Origin: Macrostomum lignano
Taxonomy: Eukaryota
Length of the DNA: 64,000 bases
NCBI GenBank assembly: GCA_002269645.1
Contig: NIVC01002204.1
Coordinates: 129,371 to 193,370, forward strand
Reading direction: 5' to 3'
The notes below the pieces were generated by a model. The model searched no databases. It saw nothing but the letters and a program-made list of their open reading frames with translations, and was not told where the DNA came from. Of the stretch, positions 52,501-64,000 are shown in pieces; positions within the stretch are counted from its first letter, which is position 1, and each line of letters begins with the position of its first letter. The translations under genes and the position numbers were made by a program.

Positions 52501-54596
52501 TCTGATTGGCTACGGGGTTTGTAGCTTGAGGTTCTCTGATTGGCTACGGGGTTTATAGCTTGAGATTCTCTGATTGGCTACGGGGTTTGTAGCCTGAGAT
52601 TCTCTGATCGGCTACGGGGTTTATAGCCTGAGATTCTCTGATTGGTTACGGGGTTTGTAGCTTGAGTTTCTCTGATTGGCTACGGGGTTTGTAGCCTGAG
52701 ATTCTCTGATTGGCTACGGGGTTTGTAGCTTGGGATTCTCTGATTGGCTACGGGGTTTGTAGCCTGAGATTTTCTGATTGTCTACGGGGTTTATAGCTTG
52801 AGATTCTCTGATTGGTTCCGGGGTTTGTAGACTGAGATTCTCTGATTGGCTACGGGGTTTGTAGCTTGAGATTCTCTGATTGGCTACGGGGTTTGTAGCC
52901 TGAGATTTTCTGATTGCCTACGGGGTTTATAGCTTGAGATTCTCTGATTGGTTCCGAGGTTTGTAGCCTGAGATTCTCTGATTGGCTACGGGGTTTGTAG
53001 CTTGAGATTCTCTGATTGGCTACGGGGTTTGTAGCTTAAGATTCTCTGATTGGTTCCGGTGTTTGTAGCCTGAGATTCTCTGATTGGCTACGGGGTTTGT
53101 AGCTTGAGATTCTCTGATTGGCTAAGGGTTTATGGCCTGCTATTCTAAAAAATTACGAACAGAAAGCTACAAGATTTTATATAAAGTCTTAGCAGTATTT
53201 ACTAGTATTTATCGTACCTAAGCCAAAGTGAAAATATTATATCCCACTGTTTACTCCTCCCCTCTCACTTTCCCAGCACCACAACGGACCCCTACAATTC
53301 GGACGAGATGCTAATCGAATTCACGCAATGCTTCCCCCAAATGCCGCTAACAGTTGGCCAAGAGATTGTCTTCAAATTCAAAGACAAAAAGCACCTTCTG
53401 CTTCGCGTGAAAGAAATGGAAACTCTGCAGCCGCGTGGCGACGTTGTTGCCGCCCAGTTTGGCGTCATCTCCGGCAACACGATCGCTACGTTCGAGAAGC
53501 TGCCGGACTCCCCGCTGGTCCTCACCGGCAAGGCCAAGGCCAAGCAGCCCTATCAGTCCATTATTAATCCCGACTGGAACTTCAGCATGATGGGCATCGG
53601 CGGCCTAGACAGAGAGTTTAGCGACATTTTCCGACGCACGTTCGCTTCTAGGATATTCCCGCCCGATCTTGTCGAACAGCTGGGCATGTGCCACGTGCGC
53701 GGCCTGCTGCTGTACGGGCCGCCGGGCACCGGCAAGACCCTCATGGCCCGCCAGATCGGCAAGATGCTGAACGCTCGCGAGCCAAAAATTGTCAACGGAC
53801 CGTCCATTCTGGACAAGTACGTTGGCGAGAGCGAAGCGAAAATCCGGCAGCTGTTCGCCGATGCGGAGGAGGAGTTCAAGCGGGTCGGCAACAACTCCGC
53901 TTTGCATATCATCATCTTTGATGAGATTGACGCGATTTGCAAGGCTAGAGGGTCTGTTGGCGGCGGGACTCAGGTAAGAATTAAGTTTGCTAAAATGAAT
54001 TGGGTGTCTTTGACACTGAATTTGGGTGTGCCTGACACTGAATTAGCCGTCCCTGACACTGAATTAGGTGTCCCTGACACTGAATTTAGCCGTCTCTGGC
54101 ACTGAATTTGGTGTCCTATGCACCCGTTGCTCCCTCAGTCTCGAGTGGACCATGCAGTTTAGCCGGCTTAACAGCGGCTCCATTTCTCTGCTTCCGTCTC
54201 CATACTTGCCTGTCCCAGATTGAGCACATATTTGCTGAAGCTCATGAATTCTCAGCTGTCTCCGTATTCCAGCCTCATCATTCTCTTTTAAAAGCACTAA
54301 CTGCACTGTATAGTAGGGATATAGGGATGGACTGAAAGGTTCTCCGTGGGATAATGATGTCTATCAGTTCCTAACTGCAGATTGGGATCTCTTGGGAAAA
54401 TGAGAAAATCTGAATAATTTACTATAGGCTGGGGTATTTTTTGCCCATGTAGGGATTTGGGGGTTGGCTGGCATCTAATGCACAAATTCGATGCACTGTC
54501 TGAATTCAGCCAGTTCTGAATTGTAGATTAGCCACTATGCTCGTAGTGTAGAGACGCTGTCACGGTTAATTCAGACTCTTGCCAGTCAGTCAGTCA

Positions 54597-54636
<40 letters not shown>

Positions 54637-54655
54637 GCCTGTCTGTCTGCCTGCC

Positions 54656-54748
<93 letters not shown>

Positions 54749-54819
54749 GCCTGCCTGTCTGTCTGTCTGTCTGTCTTAGTGTCTGTCTGTCTGTCTGTCT
54801 GTCTGCCTGTCTGTCTGCC

Positions 54820-54852
<33 letters not shown>

Positions 54853-54855
54853 TAG

Positions 54856-54920
<65 letters not shown>

Positions 54921-54923
54921 TAG

Positions 54924-54976
<53 letters not shown>

Positions 54977-54991
54977 GCCTGTCTGTCTGCC

Positions 54992-55024
<33 letters not shown>

Positions 55025-55075
55025 TAGTGTCTGTCTGTCTGTCTTAGTGTCTGTCTGTCTGCCTGTCTGTCTGCC

Positions 55076-55108
<33 letters not shown>

Positions 55109-55131
55109 TAGTGTCTGTCTGTCTGTCTTAG

Positions 55132-55220
<89 letters not shown>

Positions 55221-55235
55221 GCCTGTCTGTCTGCC

Positions 55236-55276
<41 letters not shown>

Positions 55277-55279
55277 TAG

Positions 55280-55350
<71 letters not shown>

Positions 55351-55361
55351 CTTTCTTGATT

Positions 55362-55424
<63 letters not shown>

Positions 55425-58400
55425 TTCTGGTGGTTTCAAAAAAAACGATAGCCAATTTTCTTAGTAGAAATAGTAAAACAGTACAGAATATTTTTGTTGA
55501 AAGAAACTGGCGAGGTTTTATGGGATTTTTTATCCCAGAATTTCTCTTCCTCTCGGCCTCCCTAACCTCCGGTTCCCGTCTCTCATATTAATTCTCTAAA
55601 TTGTGTTTGCCAAAGGCTGCTGGTGGGGTTGGCCATGGGGTTGACGTCTCAACGTTGGCTTTCAATTAAAGGCTTATGGCTATTGGTTAATTTTATTATG
55701 AGGTGATATTTCCTGGAAAATGGGAATGCGATCGAGAAGAGAAATAGGAGAAGACTATAAATTGTAGTTAAGGCAGCTCCGCCTCGGACCCATGGCTTAA
55801 TTCGACAAAAATTCTTCTTCCTCTTCCCCACCGTCCACCGACTCTTCAGTGGCCTCCTCTCCCGTCGATCAATAAATGCGCGAATTGGCTAGTAGAATCT
55901 ATATCAAATTTTAGCTACTTTAATTTACAGTGCTACTTTCGGTTTATCCTACTGATAAGGGGACAAGTAGGCTAAATTGAACCTTGCTACTTTAATGTTT
56001 TGGGAAGCATAAAATTTCAGAATGTTAAATATTTAGCTGCGTTTAAATTTGATTTTTTATTCAGGATAGATTGATGGGACGCTAGATCGATGTGATGATA
56101 GATGGGATAATAGATCGATGGGACAGTAGATCGATGGGATAATAGATCGATGGGACAGTAGATTTATGGGATAATAGATCGATGGGATAATTGATCGATG
56201 GGATAATATATCGATGGGATAATAGATCGATGGGATAATAGATCGATGGGATAATTGATCGATGGGACAGTAGATCGATGGGATAATAGATCGATGGAAT
56301 AATAGATCGATGGGATAATTGATCGATGGGACAGTAGATCGATGGGATAATAGATCGATGGGATAATAGATCGATGGGATAATAATAGTTCGATGGGATA
56401 ATAATAGATCGATGGGATAATAATAGATCGATGGGATAATAATAGATCGATGGGATAATTGATCGATGGGACAGTAGATCGATGGGATAATAGATCGATG
56501 GGATAATAGATCGATGGGATAATAATAGATCGATGGAATAATAGATCGATGGGATAATTGATCGATGGGACAGTAGATCGATGGGATAATAGATCGATGG
56601 GATAATAATAGATCGATGGGATAATAATAGATCGATGGGATAATAGATCGATGGGATAATTGATCGATGGGACAGTAGATCGATGGGATAATAGATCGAT
56701 GGGATAATATATCGATGGGATAATAGATCGATGGGATAATAATAGATCGATGGGATAATAATAGATCGATGGGATAATAATAGATCGATGGGATAATAAT
56801 AGATCGATGGGATAATTGATCGATGGGACAGTAGATCGATGGGATAATAGATCGATGGGATAATAGATCGATGGGATAATAATAGATCGATGGAATAATA
56901 GATCGATGGGATAATTGATCGATGGGACAGTAGATCGATGGGATAATAATAGATCGATGGGATAATAATAGATCGATGGGATAATAATAGATCGATGGGA
57001 TAATTGATCGATGGGACAGTAGATCGATGGGATAATAGATCGATGGGATAATAGATCGATGGGATAATAATAGATCGATGGGATAATAGATCGATGGGAT
57101 AATTGATCGATGGGACAGTAGATCGATGGGATAATAGATCGATATGATAATAATAGATCGATGGGATAATAGACCGATGGGATAATAATAGATCGATGGG
57201 ATAATAGATCGTTGGGATAATAGATCAATGAGATAATAATAGATCTATGGGATAATAGATGGAATGGCCTTGGGAAAATAGCCTACAAAACGGTTTGTTG
57301 TTGCCCCTCCCAGGGCTGATCCGCGGGTAGCTCCCGGCTTCCCACCCCGTTTAACAAAACAATTTATAGACATTTGAGGCTTCCGGGAAGTTTGGAATTA
57401 AATAACAAAAGAAAGTCGTTTTTCTCATTTCTCATTTTCTTATACAGTAATAAAATGGTAAGCATCGACTTTAATGGATATCTAGTTCAGCATCAACCCC
57501 GATGCATCTTCGAGACCTTCAAAGAGTGGCAATTACTTTACACAGTTAAAACTGCAATCGCCATTCAAACCACTCGCAGGTGCACGACACTGTAGTCAAC
57601 CAGCTACTATCGAAAATCGATGGCGTTGAAACGCTGAACAACATCCTAGTCATCGGCATGACCAATCGCAAGGACATGATCGACGAGGCCCTGCTCCGTC
57701 CGGGCCGCTTCGAGGTGCAAATGGAGATCAGCCTGCCAGACGAGCACGGCCGGCACCAGATTCTGAGCATTCACACCAGCAAGATTCGCGACAATGGCAA
57801 ATTATCGCCAGACGTTGACGTGCGCGAATTGGCAGCCAAGACCAAGAACTTTTCCGGAGCTGAACTGGCCGGGTTGGTGCGCGCGGCTACCGTGACGGCT
57901 ATGAATCGTTTGGTGCAGGCGTCTGAGAAGGTTCAGGTGAGACTACTGGTTCACGTATAGTGCCGGAACCAGTATGAATAGGAATTGAAACGGGTTTGTA
58001 TAAAACGCGTCAACGTGGGACTTTAAGGATTGGACTGAAAATCACGAAGGACCAGAGTTTGATTCTCATAGTTCCGTTGTATCGTTAATGAGTCTCAATA
58101 TGCTGGAAGTTGTCCATGGGATGTCTCGGCATGAGAGTCTCTTAGTGAATCGGCATGAGAGTCTCTTAGTGGGTCGGTATGAGAGTCTCTTAGTGGGTCG
58201 GTTTGAGAGTCTCTTAGTGGGTCGGTTTGAGAGTCTCTTAGTGGGTCGGTTTGAGTCTCTTAGTGGGTCGGTATGAGAGTCTCTTAGTGGGTCGGTTTGA
58301 GAGTCTCTTAGTGGGTCGGTATGAGAGTCTCTTAGTGGGTCGGTTTAAGAGCCGCTTGGTGGGTCGGTATGAGAGTCTCTTAGTGGGTCGGTTTAAGAGC

Positions 58401-60333
58401 CGCTTGGTGGGTCGGTATGAGAGTCTCTTAGTGGATCGGCATGAGAGTCTCTTAGTGGGTCGGTATGAGAGTCTCTTCATACCGATCGGTCGGTATAACT
58501 CTTATAATCTGGAGATGTCTGGATGAGAAACCAGTAGCTCACATGTGTATTTGGATTCGAATATCAAACGCTTCTGGATCTTTAGGTGGACCCGGACGCA
58601 ATCGAAAAACTTTGCGTCACTCGTCACGACTTCTTGCACGCCCTCGAATACGACATACGGCCGTCTTTTGGTGCCCAAGAAGAGGAGCTGGATCGTTACG
58701 TCACAGGCGGTCTGGTCCAATGGGGCAACCCCGTAAATCACGTGATCGAGCACGGCCTGCTGGCGACGAGAGCCGCCCGAGCCGAAGCCGAAGCTGGCGC
58801 AGATTCCGGCCGACCGGTGGCTCTGCTTCTAGAAGGACCGCGCAACAGCGGTAAAACGGCGCTGGCTGTGCACATCGCCCGACAAGCCGGATTCTCCTAC
58901 GTCCGCCTGGCAACTAGCAAAAACATGGTCGGCTTCAACGAAGTGGCGAAATGCATGGCCGTTAAAAAGTTTTTCGACGACGCGCACAAAGCCAAGCAGG
59001 CCGTTGTTATTCTGGATGGACTCGAGGGACTCATAGATTACAGCCCGGTAGGGCCGAGGTACTCAAACTATGTACTGCAGGTGAGACGCTGCTGGGTTAC
59101 ATGCCAATGGTGTAGATTTGCAAAATTCTTTTGCTTTCGTTTGCCAAGAGCCTTGAGTCTTGAATCGCCTGGAGTCTCAGTGTCTTCCTGGAGTTTCAAT
59201 GTCTTCCTAGTGTCTCTCGGAGTCCCACTGTCTCCCTGGTGTCTCTCGGAGTCTCACTGTCTCCCTGGTGTCTCTCGGAGTCTCACTGTCTCCCTGGTGT
59301 CTCTGGTGTCTCTCGGAGTCTCACTGTCTCCCTGGTATCTCTCGGAGTCTCACTGTCTCCCTGGTGTCTCTCGGAGTCTCGCTGTCTCCCTGGTGTCTCT
59401 CGGAGTCCCACTGTCTCCCTGGTGTCTCTCGGAGTCTCACTGTCTCCCTGGTGTCTCTCGGAGTCCCACTGTCTCCCTGGTGTCTCTCGGAGTCTCGCTA
59501 TCTCCCTGGTGTCTCTCGGAGTCTCACTGTCTCCCTGGTGTCTCTCGGAGTCTCGCTGTCTCCCTGGTGTCTCTCGGAGTCTCGCTATCTCCCTGGTGTC
59601 TCTCGGAGTCTCGCTGTCTCCCTGGTGTCTCTCGGAGTCTCACTGTCTCCCTGGTGTCTCTCGGAGTCCTAGTGTCTCTAAAGTCTCTCAGAATGTCTTT
59701 GAATATCTCATGACCGGAGGTATATACCTATGTATAATCATTTATACTTTTTTATATTAAATTCTAGCCAAATCTCAGTCTCCCTGACCCCCAGGGAGAC
59801 CTTATACATATATATCGGTTTATAAATAGTATAAATCTTCGCGCAGTCTTTCAGCATTGTATTGTCTTCCCAGTGTCTTAAACACAATTCTTTTTAAGAC
59901 TATACCATGGATCAATCTTAGCCTCTCGAATTTATGAGCTGCTTTATTCCAACCAACTCAATAAAACCAGGCTCTTCGCGACCTCATCACGGCCCCGCTG
60001 CCGCGCAACAAGTGCCTGCTGCTGCTCGGCACCACCAGCTGCCGCGACGCCCTGGAAGAACTCGGCCTAGTTCAGTGCTTCACTGCCGGCAAGATCCACG
60101 TCAGTAATTTGACTCAACCGGAGCACCTGGTCACCGCTCTGAACCAGTTGGACGCGGCCAAATTTACTGAGAAAGAGGTGCGTCAGATTTACAAGTCCGT
60201 GTCCGGCTGCCGGCTGAACATCGGCATCAAGGAGCTGCTGGACGTGGCCCGCATGACCAACCGGGTGGAGGAGGGCGACAGGGTTCGCTACTTTCTCGAC
60301 CGGCTGAATGAGGACGGCAGGCTGACCGAGTAG
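45217..60333 (+). CDS. NSF: N-ethylmaleimide-sensitive factor (vesicle-fusing AAA+ ATPase), 742 aa
   Basis: Exons 45217-45314, 46206-46302, 51196-51317, 53277-53973, 57580-57936, 58586-59080, 59971-60333 sum to 2229 nt in one frame. N-domain [11 protein letters not shown]; D1 Walker A GPPGTGKT, Walker [24 protein letters not shown], second region of homology LLRPGRFEV; D2 Walker [20 protein letters not shown]. Confidence 0.97.
45655..46026. repeat. ~31-bp minisatellite (GGAAATCTCAACGGCTAGAAATCTCAATGGT)n, NSF intron 1
   Basis: direct inspection. Confidence 0.92.
46206..46302 (+). CDS. NSF: NSF exon 2
   Basis: acag|G TTC ATC; FIKIHSG...KAGFSLVQ; CAG|gtttgt; 97 nt. Confidence 0.88.
46645..47180. 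repeat. Degenerate ~22-23-bp minisatellite (GGCGCCCTCCTGACTCTCTTCCT)n
   Basis: direct inspection. Confidence 0.88.
47790..48350 (+). repeat. 11 x 51-bp tandem repeat containing the PACRGL leader and ATG
   Basis: Unit TGCGGTTGCACTGTAATATAAAGACAACAAGAGATCGTCAATCATGAGTTC; the ATG in the last copy (48343) opens PACRGL. Confidence 0.97.
48343..48960 (+). CDS. PACRGL: PACRG-like protein (PACRGL family), single exon, nested in NSF intron 2
   Basis: 205-aa ORF with [60 protein letters not shown], matching PACRGL as I recall it (KPSDKLN, IPCRLVHGSVKHRLQW, ETKHPY, IIKSKIPTY). Confidence 0.9.
   Translation: MSSSRPSSTGKPSDRLNAQTVPAFGPRGRLTTFQAAYETGLVPCRLQHGSVRHRLSWQQPIDSLDLDPLVVYMAQGLLETKHPYCFLSQQGLQELLTARQAAIQLPSLLPRLVPHLKAALAAPAKQHPNAFEAALKCCTLISAAVGPQLNSHLSSLLPSMARLMVNGSQSSREAIVTALQQFETNGAPEALAIIKSRIPTYTAAI
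49062..50118. repeat. (CT)n/CCCT polypyrimidine tract, ~1 kb
   Basis: direct inspection. Confidence 0.97.
51196..51317 (+). CDS. NSF: NSF exon 3 (not in ORF track)
   Basis: ttttag|[12 protein letters not shown]...[11 protein letters not shown]; AG|gtacgg; 122 nt. Confidence 0.9.
52345..53125. repeat. 34-bp minisatellite (TACGGGGTTTGTAGCTTGAGATTCTCTGATTGGC)n
   Basis: direct inspection. Confidence 0.95.
53277..53973 (+). CDS. NSF: NSF exon 4 (end of N domain, D1 Walker A/B)
   Basis: tttcccag|C ACC; [11 protein letters not shown]...RGSVGGGTQ; CAG|gtaaga; 697 nt. Confidence 0.95.
54005..54120. repeat. ~21-bp short tandem repeat (GTGTCCCTGACACTGAATT core)
   Basis: direct inspection. Confidence 0.8.
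54580..55428. repeat. (TCTG)n/(CCTG)n microsatellite with CTTAGT interruptions, NSF intron 4
   Basis: direct inspection. Confidence 0.97.
56065..57260. repeat. 17-20-bp minisatellite (ATAGATCGATGGGATA(AT))n
   Basis: direct inspection. Confidence 0.95.
57580..57936 (+). CDS. NSF: NSF exon 5 (D1 C-terminal part)
   Basis: gcag|[10 protein letters not shown]...ASEKVQ; CAG|gtgaga; 357 nt. Confidence 0.95.
58128..58475. repeat. 24-bp minisatellite (ATGAGAGTCTCTTAGTGGGTCGGT)n
   Basis: direct inspection. Confidence 0.93.
58586..59080 (+). CDS. NSF: NSF exon 6 (D2)
   Basis: tttag|VDPDAIEKL...YSNYVLQ; CAG|gtgaga; 495 nt. Confidence 0.95.
59165..59690. repeat. 29-bp minisatellite (CTCGGAGTCTCACTGTCTCCCTGGTGTCT)n
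   Basis: direct inspection. Confidence 0.93.
59971..60333 (+). CDS. NSF: NSF terminal exon 7
   Basis: ccag|[23 protein letters not shown]...NEDGRLTE*; AATAAA at 60339-60344. Confidence 0.93.
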   Translation, partial: ALRDLITAPLPRNKCLLLLGTTSCRDALEELGLVQCFTAGKIHVSNLTQPEHLVTALNQLDAAKFTEKEVRQIYKSVSGCRLNIGIKELLDVARMTNRVEEGDRVRYFLDRLNEDGRLTE

Positions 60334-60338
60334 AGCTT

Positions 60339-60344
60339 AATAAA
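60339..60344 (+). promoter_or_regulatory. Probable NSF polyadenylation signal AATAAA
   Basis: 5 nt after the stop codon; a second AATAAA lies near 60469. Confidence 0.45.
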
Positions 60345-61352
60345 TATGTGGATGTTTAATAACATTATCAATGACGTCACTTGCTAATGTCACATAAATA
60401 TCCTTAGTAGCAAAAAACTACGTCACTAGCCCAATGACGTCACTAGAATAGTCTATGATGACGTCACCAATAAATAGTTCCTAAAACCAATTGCGCTAAT
60501 TGATGTAATGACAATATTTTTCTTTTCTTTTGCTTAGATTACTTTTAGTCGGTTTGATGAGTCTGAGTATCAATTTTTTTTTCAATTTTCCATTTGTGAA
60601 TGTTTTATATGGTTGGCAATACTGATAAAATAATAACTGATTTTTACAGGTCTCTAGCTATCGTTACTAAAGCGTAGGTTGAATTGACAGACCGCCAATT
60701 CATCAGACAATAGCATGTACAGTTTTTACAAACTATAACAAAGCATAATACTAGATGTTGTTACTATAAATATATATATATATATTTATACATTTCTTCT
60801 TTATGGTCTGGTACGGAAAAAAGCAATCAATGTTTTATCGTTCAAGTGAATTATTTTTGTCGTCGTTTTGCAATTTGTTATTTCACTCAGCTATAATTGG
60901 ATTTCAACGGCATTTTTGTTGTGATCTTTGCGCTTTTATAGACGAAGATATAAGATTATCTCGTCAGAAATGTTTTCGTTTTTTGGGTGTTTTTCCGTGT
61001 TTTTTAAAGGCTTATTAGACTCTACACAGTATGCTATGCTGAATTTAGCTAATTCCAGGCAATATTTATTCCACATGTATAACTTATCATAGCAACGAAA
61101 TAGTTTTTAGATACAGTTGGTTTTCTATGCCCAAGTTAAAATACCTCTACGATATAGAAATCTTTTTAGTTTCTTGCTTTTTCTGTTGTTTGTATGTTCT
61201 TTTTTAGGTAACCTCGCTGTCAGTCAGTCAGTTAATCGCAAATATACACACCTTAGTTTAGAAACTTTATATATAGCGATTTAATAAAGCACTAATTAAT
61301 TATATGCCTTCCTTCAGAGAATTTATTTATTTTTTAATACTGTACTTACGAA

Positions 61353-61551
61353 AAGTGGCGGATCTAGCGGGGGGGGGGTCAAGGGGTTTGGCTGACCCCC
61401 ACCAGAGAAAATTAGGGGGTCAAGGTGGTTGGCTGACCCCCACTGGAGAAAATGTAAGGGGGGTCAAGGGGGTTGACGGACCCACCAGAAAAAAATTGGG
61501 AGGGGGCAAGGGGGGTCATGACCTCCGGGAAAAATCCAGGATTCGCCACTG
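61353..61551. mobile_element. hAT-type MITE
   Basis: Termini (A)AGTGGCGGATC ... GATTCGCCACTG; flanking 8-mers CTTACGAA / CTTCCGAG (6/8 identical, decayed 8-bp TSD); internal GGGGTCAAGG..GGCTGACCCCC repeats. Confidence 0.72.
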
Positions 61552-62924
61552 CTTCCGAGTGGCGAATTGAATTTCCGACAGATGATAGCTCATTTTGATC
61601 CACAGTATTGGGAAAATACTTATTACATTACGTGTATTTATTTGCTATGTTGCACTATAAATAAATTTACCCTTTTTATCAGTTGCCATGCGAAAATTCA
61701 GGTGCCAAAAACGGACGCTTAAAGCGGCGACAAAATTTCATTTTTGAGGCGGCATTGATTTTTGCGTGTACGCATTGCTTAGGAGTAAGTCAGGCGGATT
61801 TACAAACGCAAAATTAATATACAAAAATGCGGAAATACACTCGACCGCACGTCCCCGCGCAATCAATATCGATACGCCTGTTTCAGATCTTCTGAGTTTC
61901 TTACTGGGGGGGTGTAGGAAATTTCCACCACCCACACCAACTTCAATCCCGAAAGAGAAGCGGTCGACTAATAATAAAAAAACACGTGACAAATTCTTCA
62001 ACTTAAACAATTCTGCGTTGCCCATGGGCCATGACTAACTTAAAATAAGCAGATCTAAGCACGAGAAATATATATTTAAAAATAAAACTCATGCAAAAAG
62101 GAAAATTGCGCCATTTAGTGGTTTTCTCTGAGTCTCAATCGTTAGAATTCCGAGCTGCCTGAAAAAGTGGAATTGATATAATAGCTTTGGCAAAATCTAG
62201 AACCCAGTCAACTAAGAGGCCAACTAATTACTAAAGGAGAGAGGGGCGGGCTTTTAAAAGGCCATTATACAATCGTTATCGTCAGTCATATAATGCATTA
62301 AGCCGTTTCATTCTGATGCCTAGACTACACTACGGACAAGGAACTATTTCCAGCCAAAAGGGTGAAATAAGTTCACGGCAAGTCCAAAAAGGCATTTTCC
62401 GTCTTCTCTCTACCCCGCGATATTTTCTCTCTCCACCGTGTGGCCTCCGCCAATTCCTGAAATTAGATGTACACTGCGCTTCAAGGTCCTCCCAGCTGCG
62501 CTTCTCTCCCCCTCCAGTCCCGCCACCCCATTTCCGCGGCGGCAGTGTACACTCTTCACAAGCTTAATGTACATTCCTCCCCTGCCATTACCCCAGCCTT
62601 CAGGAGAGAGAATGAAAGAGAAGCCTCTACCGGCCCTACTCCCTTCGATAAACAGGCCAGTAGACACAGACAGGGGTTTCTCTCCCTCGCCCCCTATCTT
62701 ATATTAAAACTCGTTCCACTGCCCCCCCACTCCGCTCAGCTGACTGAAATTAATAAAAGTCCAAAAACACCCAACGAATACTGAGAGAAACGACAGCTCG
62801 TGAGTCGTTAGTAGCTCAGTTATAATTATAAATTAGTCATTAAGATTATTGTTTATTAAAGTCTATCCGATAGTTTGACGAGAGTTGAGAATTTGGCAGG
62901 AAATTATAAAGAATATATTAAATC

Positions 62925-64000
62925 ATGTCAACTAGTGACAATCAATCAGTAAAAACGGCTACGGCTTTTGTAATTACGGACGTTACTGACACTACCAATT
63001 GTAACGGTAATGACACAGAAGACGCTCAGATGCACGACGCAACCACGACGCAAGTTGTCGAGGCTGAGACTGTCGGGACCGCCACCACCGCCTTGCCCGA
63101 TCGACTGCGTAAACGCCTGCTTAGCGAGCGCAAGTGTCGACCAACTAACGAGCAGCTTGACCAGAAGCTGGCCAGAGCCGAGCAAAGACGCCAGGTTAGT
63201 TTAAGGGAACTTTCACCGCGACAACGCCCATTGACCTGGTATTTAGCACACGCGAAAATGCCTTTTGCGCGGTTCACATTCGTTCTCATTTGCTCAAGCT
63301 CTCATTTTGATGAATCAAGCATTTAGTTTCGCTATTTAATTATGGGTGTTTGACTAATGCCCTGTCTGGGTTTGCGTGCCGCTTTGTGAATAATTTCTTT
63401 TTGTCCACCTGGAATGAAGTAAGGCAAGGCTGGTCAGGTAACTCATTTGCATGAAAGAATTACTTGATCAAGTAATAAAGAAACTTTATTTGCATATCTC
63501 TAGTACACTACTGATGCTAACTAACCAGTAGCATGCAGGGAATGAGCATGTTGTAAATACAGCTAAAGGTAAAAAGTTTCAACAAACTCGATTTCAGAAA
63601 CAATTCGCAAAGCGCGCTGCCAGCGCTCGCGAAGCCGAAGCTCGATGCCGCCGAGTCGCCGAGGCGATGGAGACCCTCCATGCCCGACGCCCGCAGTCTC
63701 GAGCCGAAGTTGTCCAGCGCTACGTTCGACTACGCCACGACCTACAGGAAGTTCTGGGCCGTTTCAACAGCGAGGTGGAGCGAACCAACTGCGCCCTGTT
63801 CGCTGGCCCGCCGCTACTGGCTTTCGGCGGCGCTTGGGCTACTCGCCGTCGACATCGTCTAGGACGTCGACATCGACAACTGCTGCAACTGCGTCAGCAC
63901 CGACTGCTACTACATCGACATCAAGTTCGTGGCAGCATCGACCAGCGACAGCCTTCGTTGTTGGCCAAACCAACGGGAACGATGCGCCGCTGCAGCTGCC
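62925..64000 (+). CDS. Uncharacterised protein with a stathmin-like coiled-coil motif, 5' part (exons 62925-63194 and 63598 to beyond 64000)
   Basis: ATG 62925; RLRKRLL..PTNEQLDQKLARAEQRRQ; CAG|gttagt donor; atttcag|AAA acceptor gives an in-frame exon open to the window end (KQFAKRAASAREAEARCRRVAEAMETLH...). Confidence 0.6.

Noticed and set aside
53292-53942. Antisense ORFs over NSF, NALCN, RBM47-like and PACRGL exons
   Set aside because: Shadow ORFs expected opposite GC-rich coding exons.
55500-55880. Solo-LTR-like segment (TATAAA ... AATAAA) in NSF intron 4; similar-feeling unique blocks at 47300-47720 and 62380-62720
   Set aside because: No TG..CA termini or TSD could be defined and there is no second copy in the window; needs a repeat-library search.

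Overview
Eukaryotic (invertebrate animal) genomic DNA with GT-AG introns; no prokaryotic features. The GC-rich coding exons in introns packed with tandem repeats resemble the flatworm Macrostomum, but that assignment is inference. I rebuilt five genes by hand from splice sites and reading phase. (1) The 5' part of NALCN/unc-77 on the minus strand: 7 exons, continuing past the left edge, with Lys rather than Glu at the domain II selectivity-filter position. (2) An RBM47/A1CF/RBM46-family 3-RRM plus dsRBD-like gene on the minus strand: 8 exons, ~805 aa, with a 1-nt frameshift in a C homopolymer. (3) A complete NSF gene on the plus strand: 7 exons, 742 aa. (4) An intronless PACRGL gene nested on the same strand in NSF intron 2; its 5' leader and start codon are amplified into 11 tandem 51-bp copies, giving 10 upstream mini-ORFs. 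(5) The start of a stathmin-like coiled-coil gene running off the right edge. Every intron of genes 1-3 carries its own micro/minisatellite, while intergenic DNA is mostly unique and holds several MITEs. A very homogeneous 43-bp x ~89 array lies just upstream of NALCN. Most long ORFs in the supplied track are repeat artefacts.
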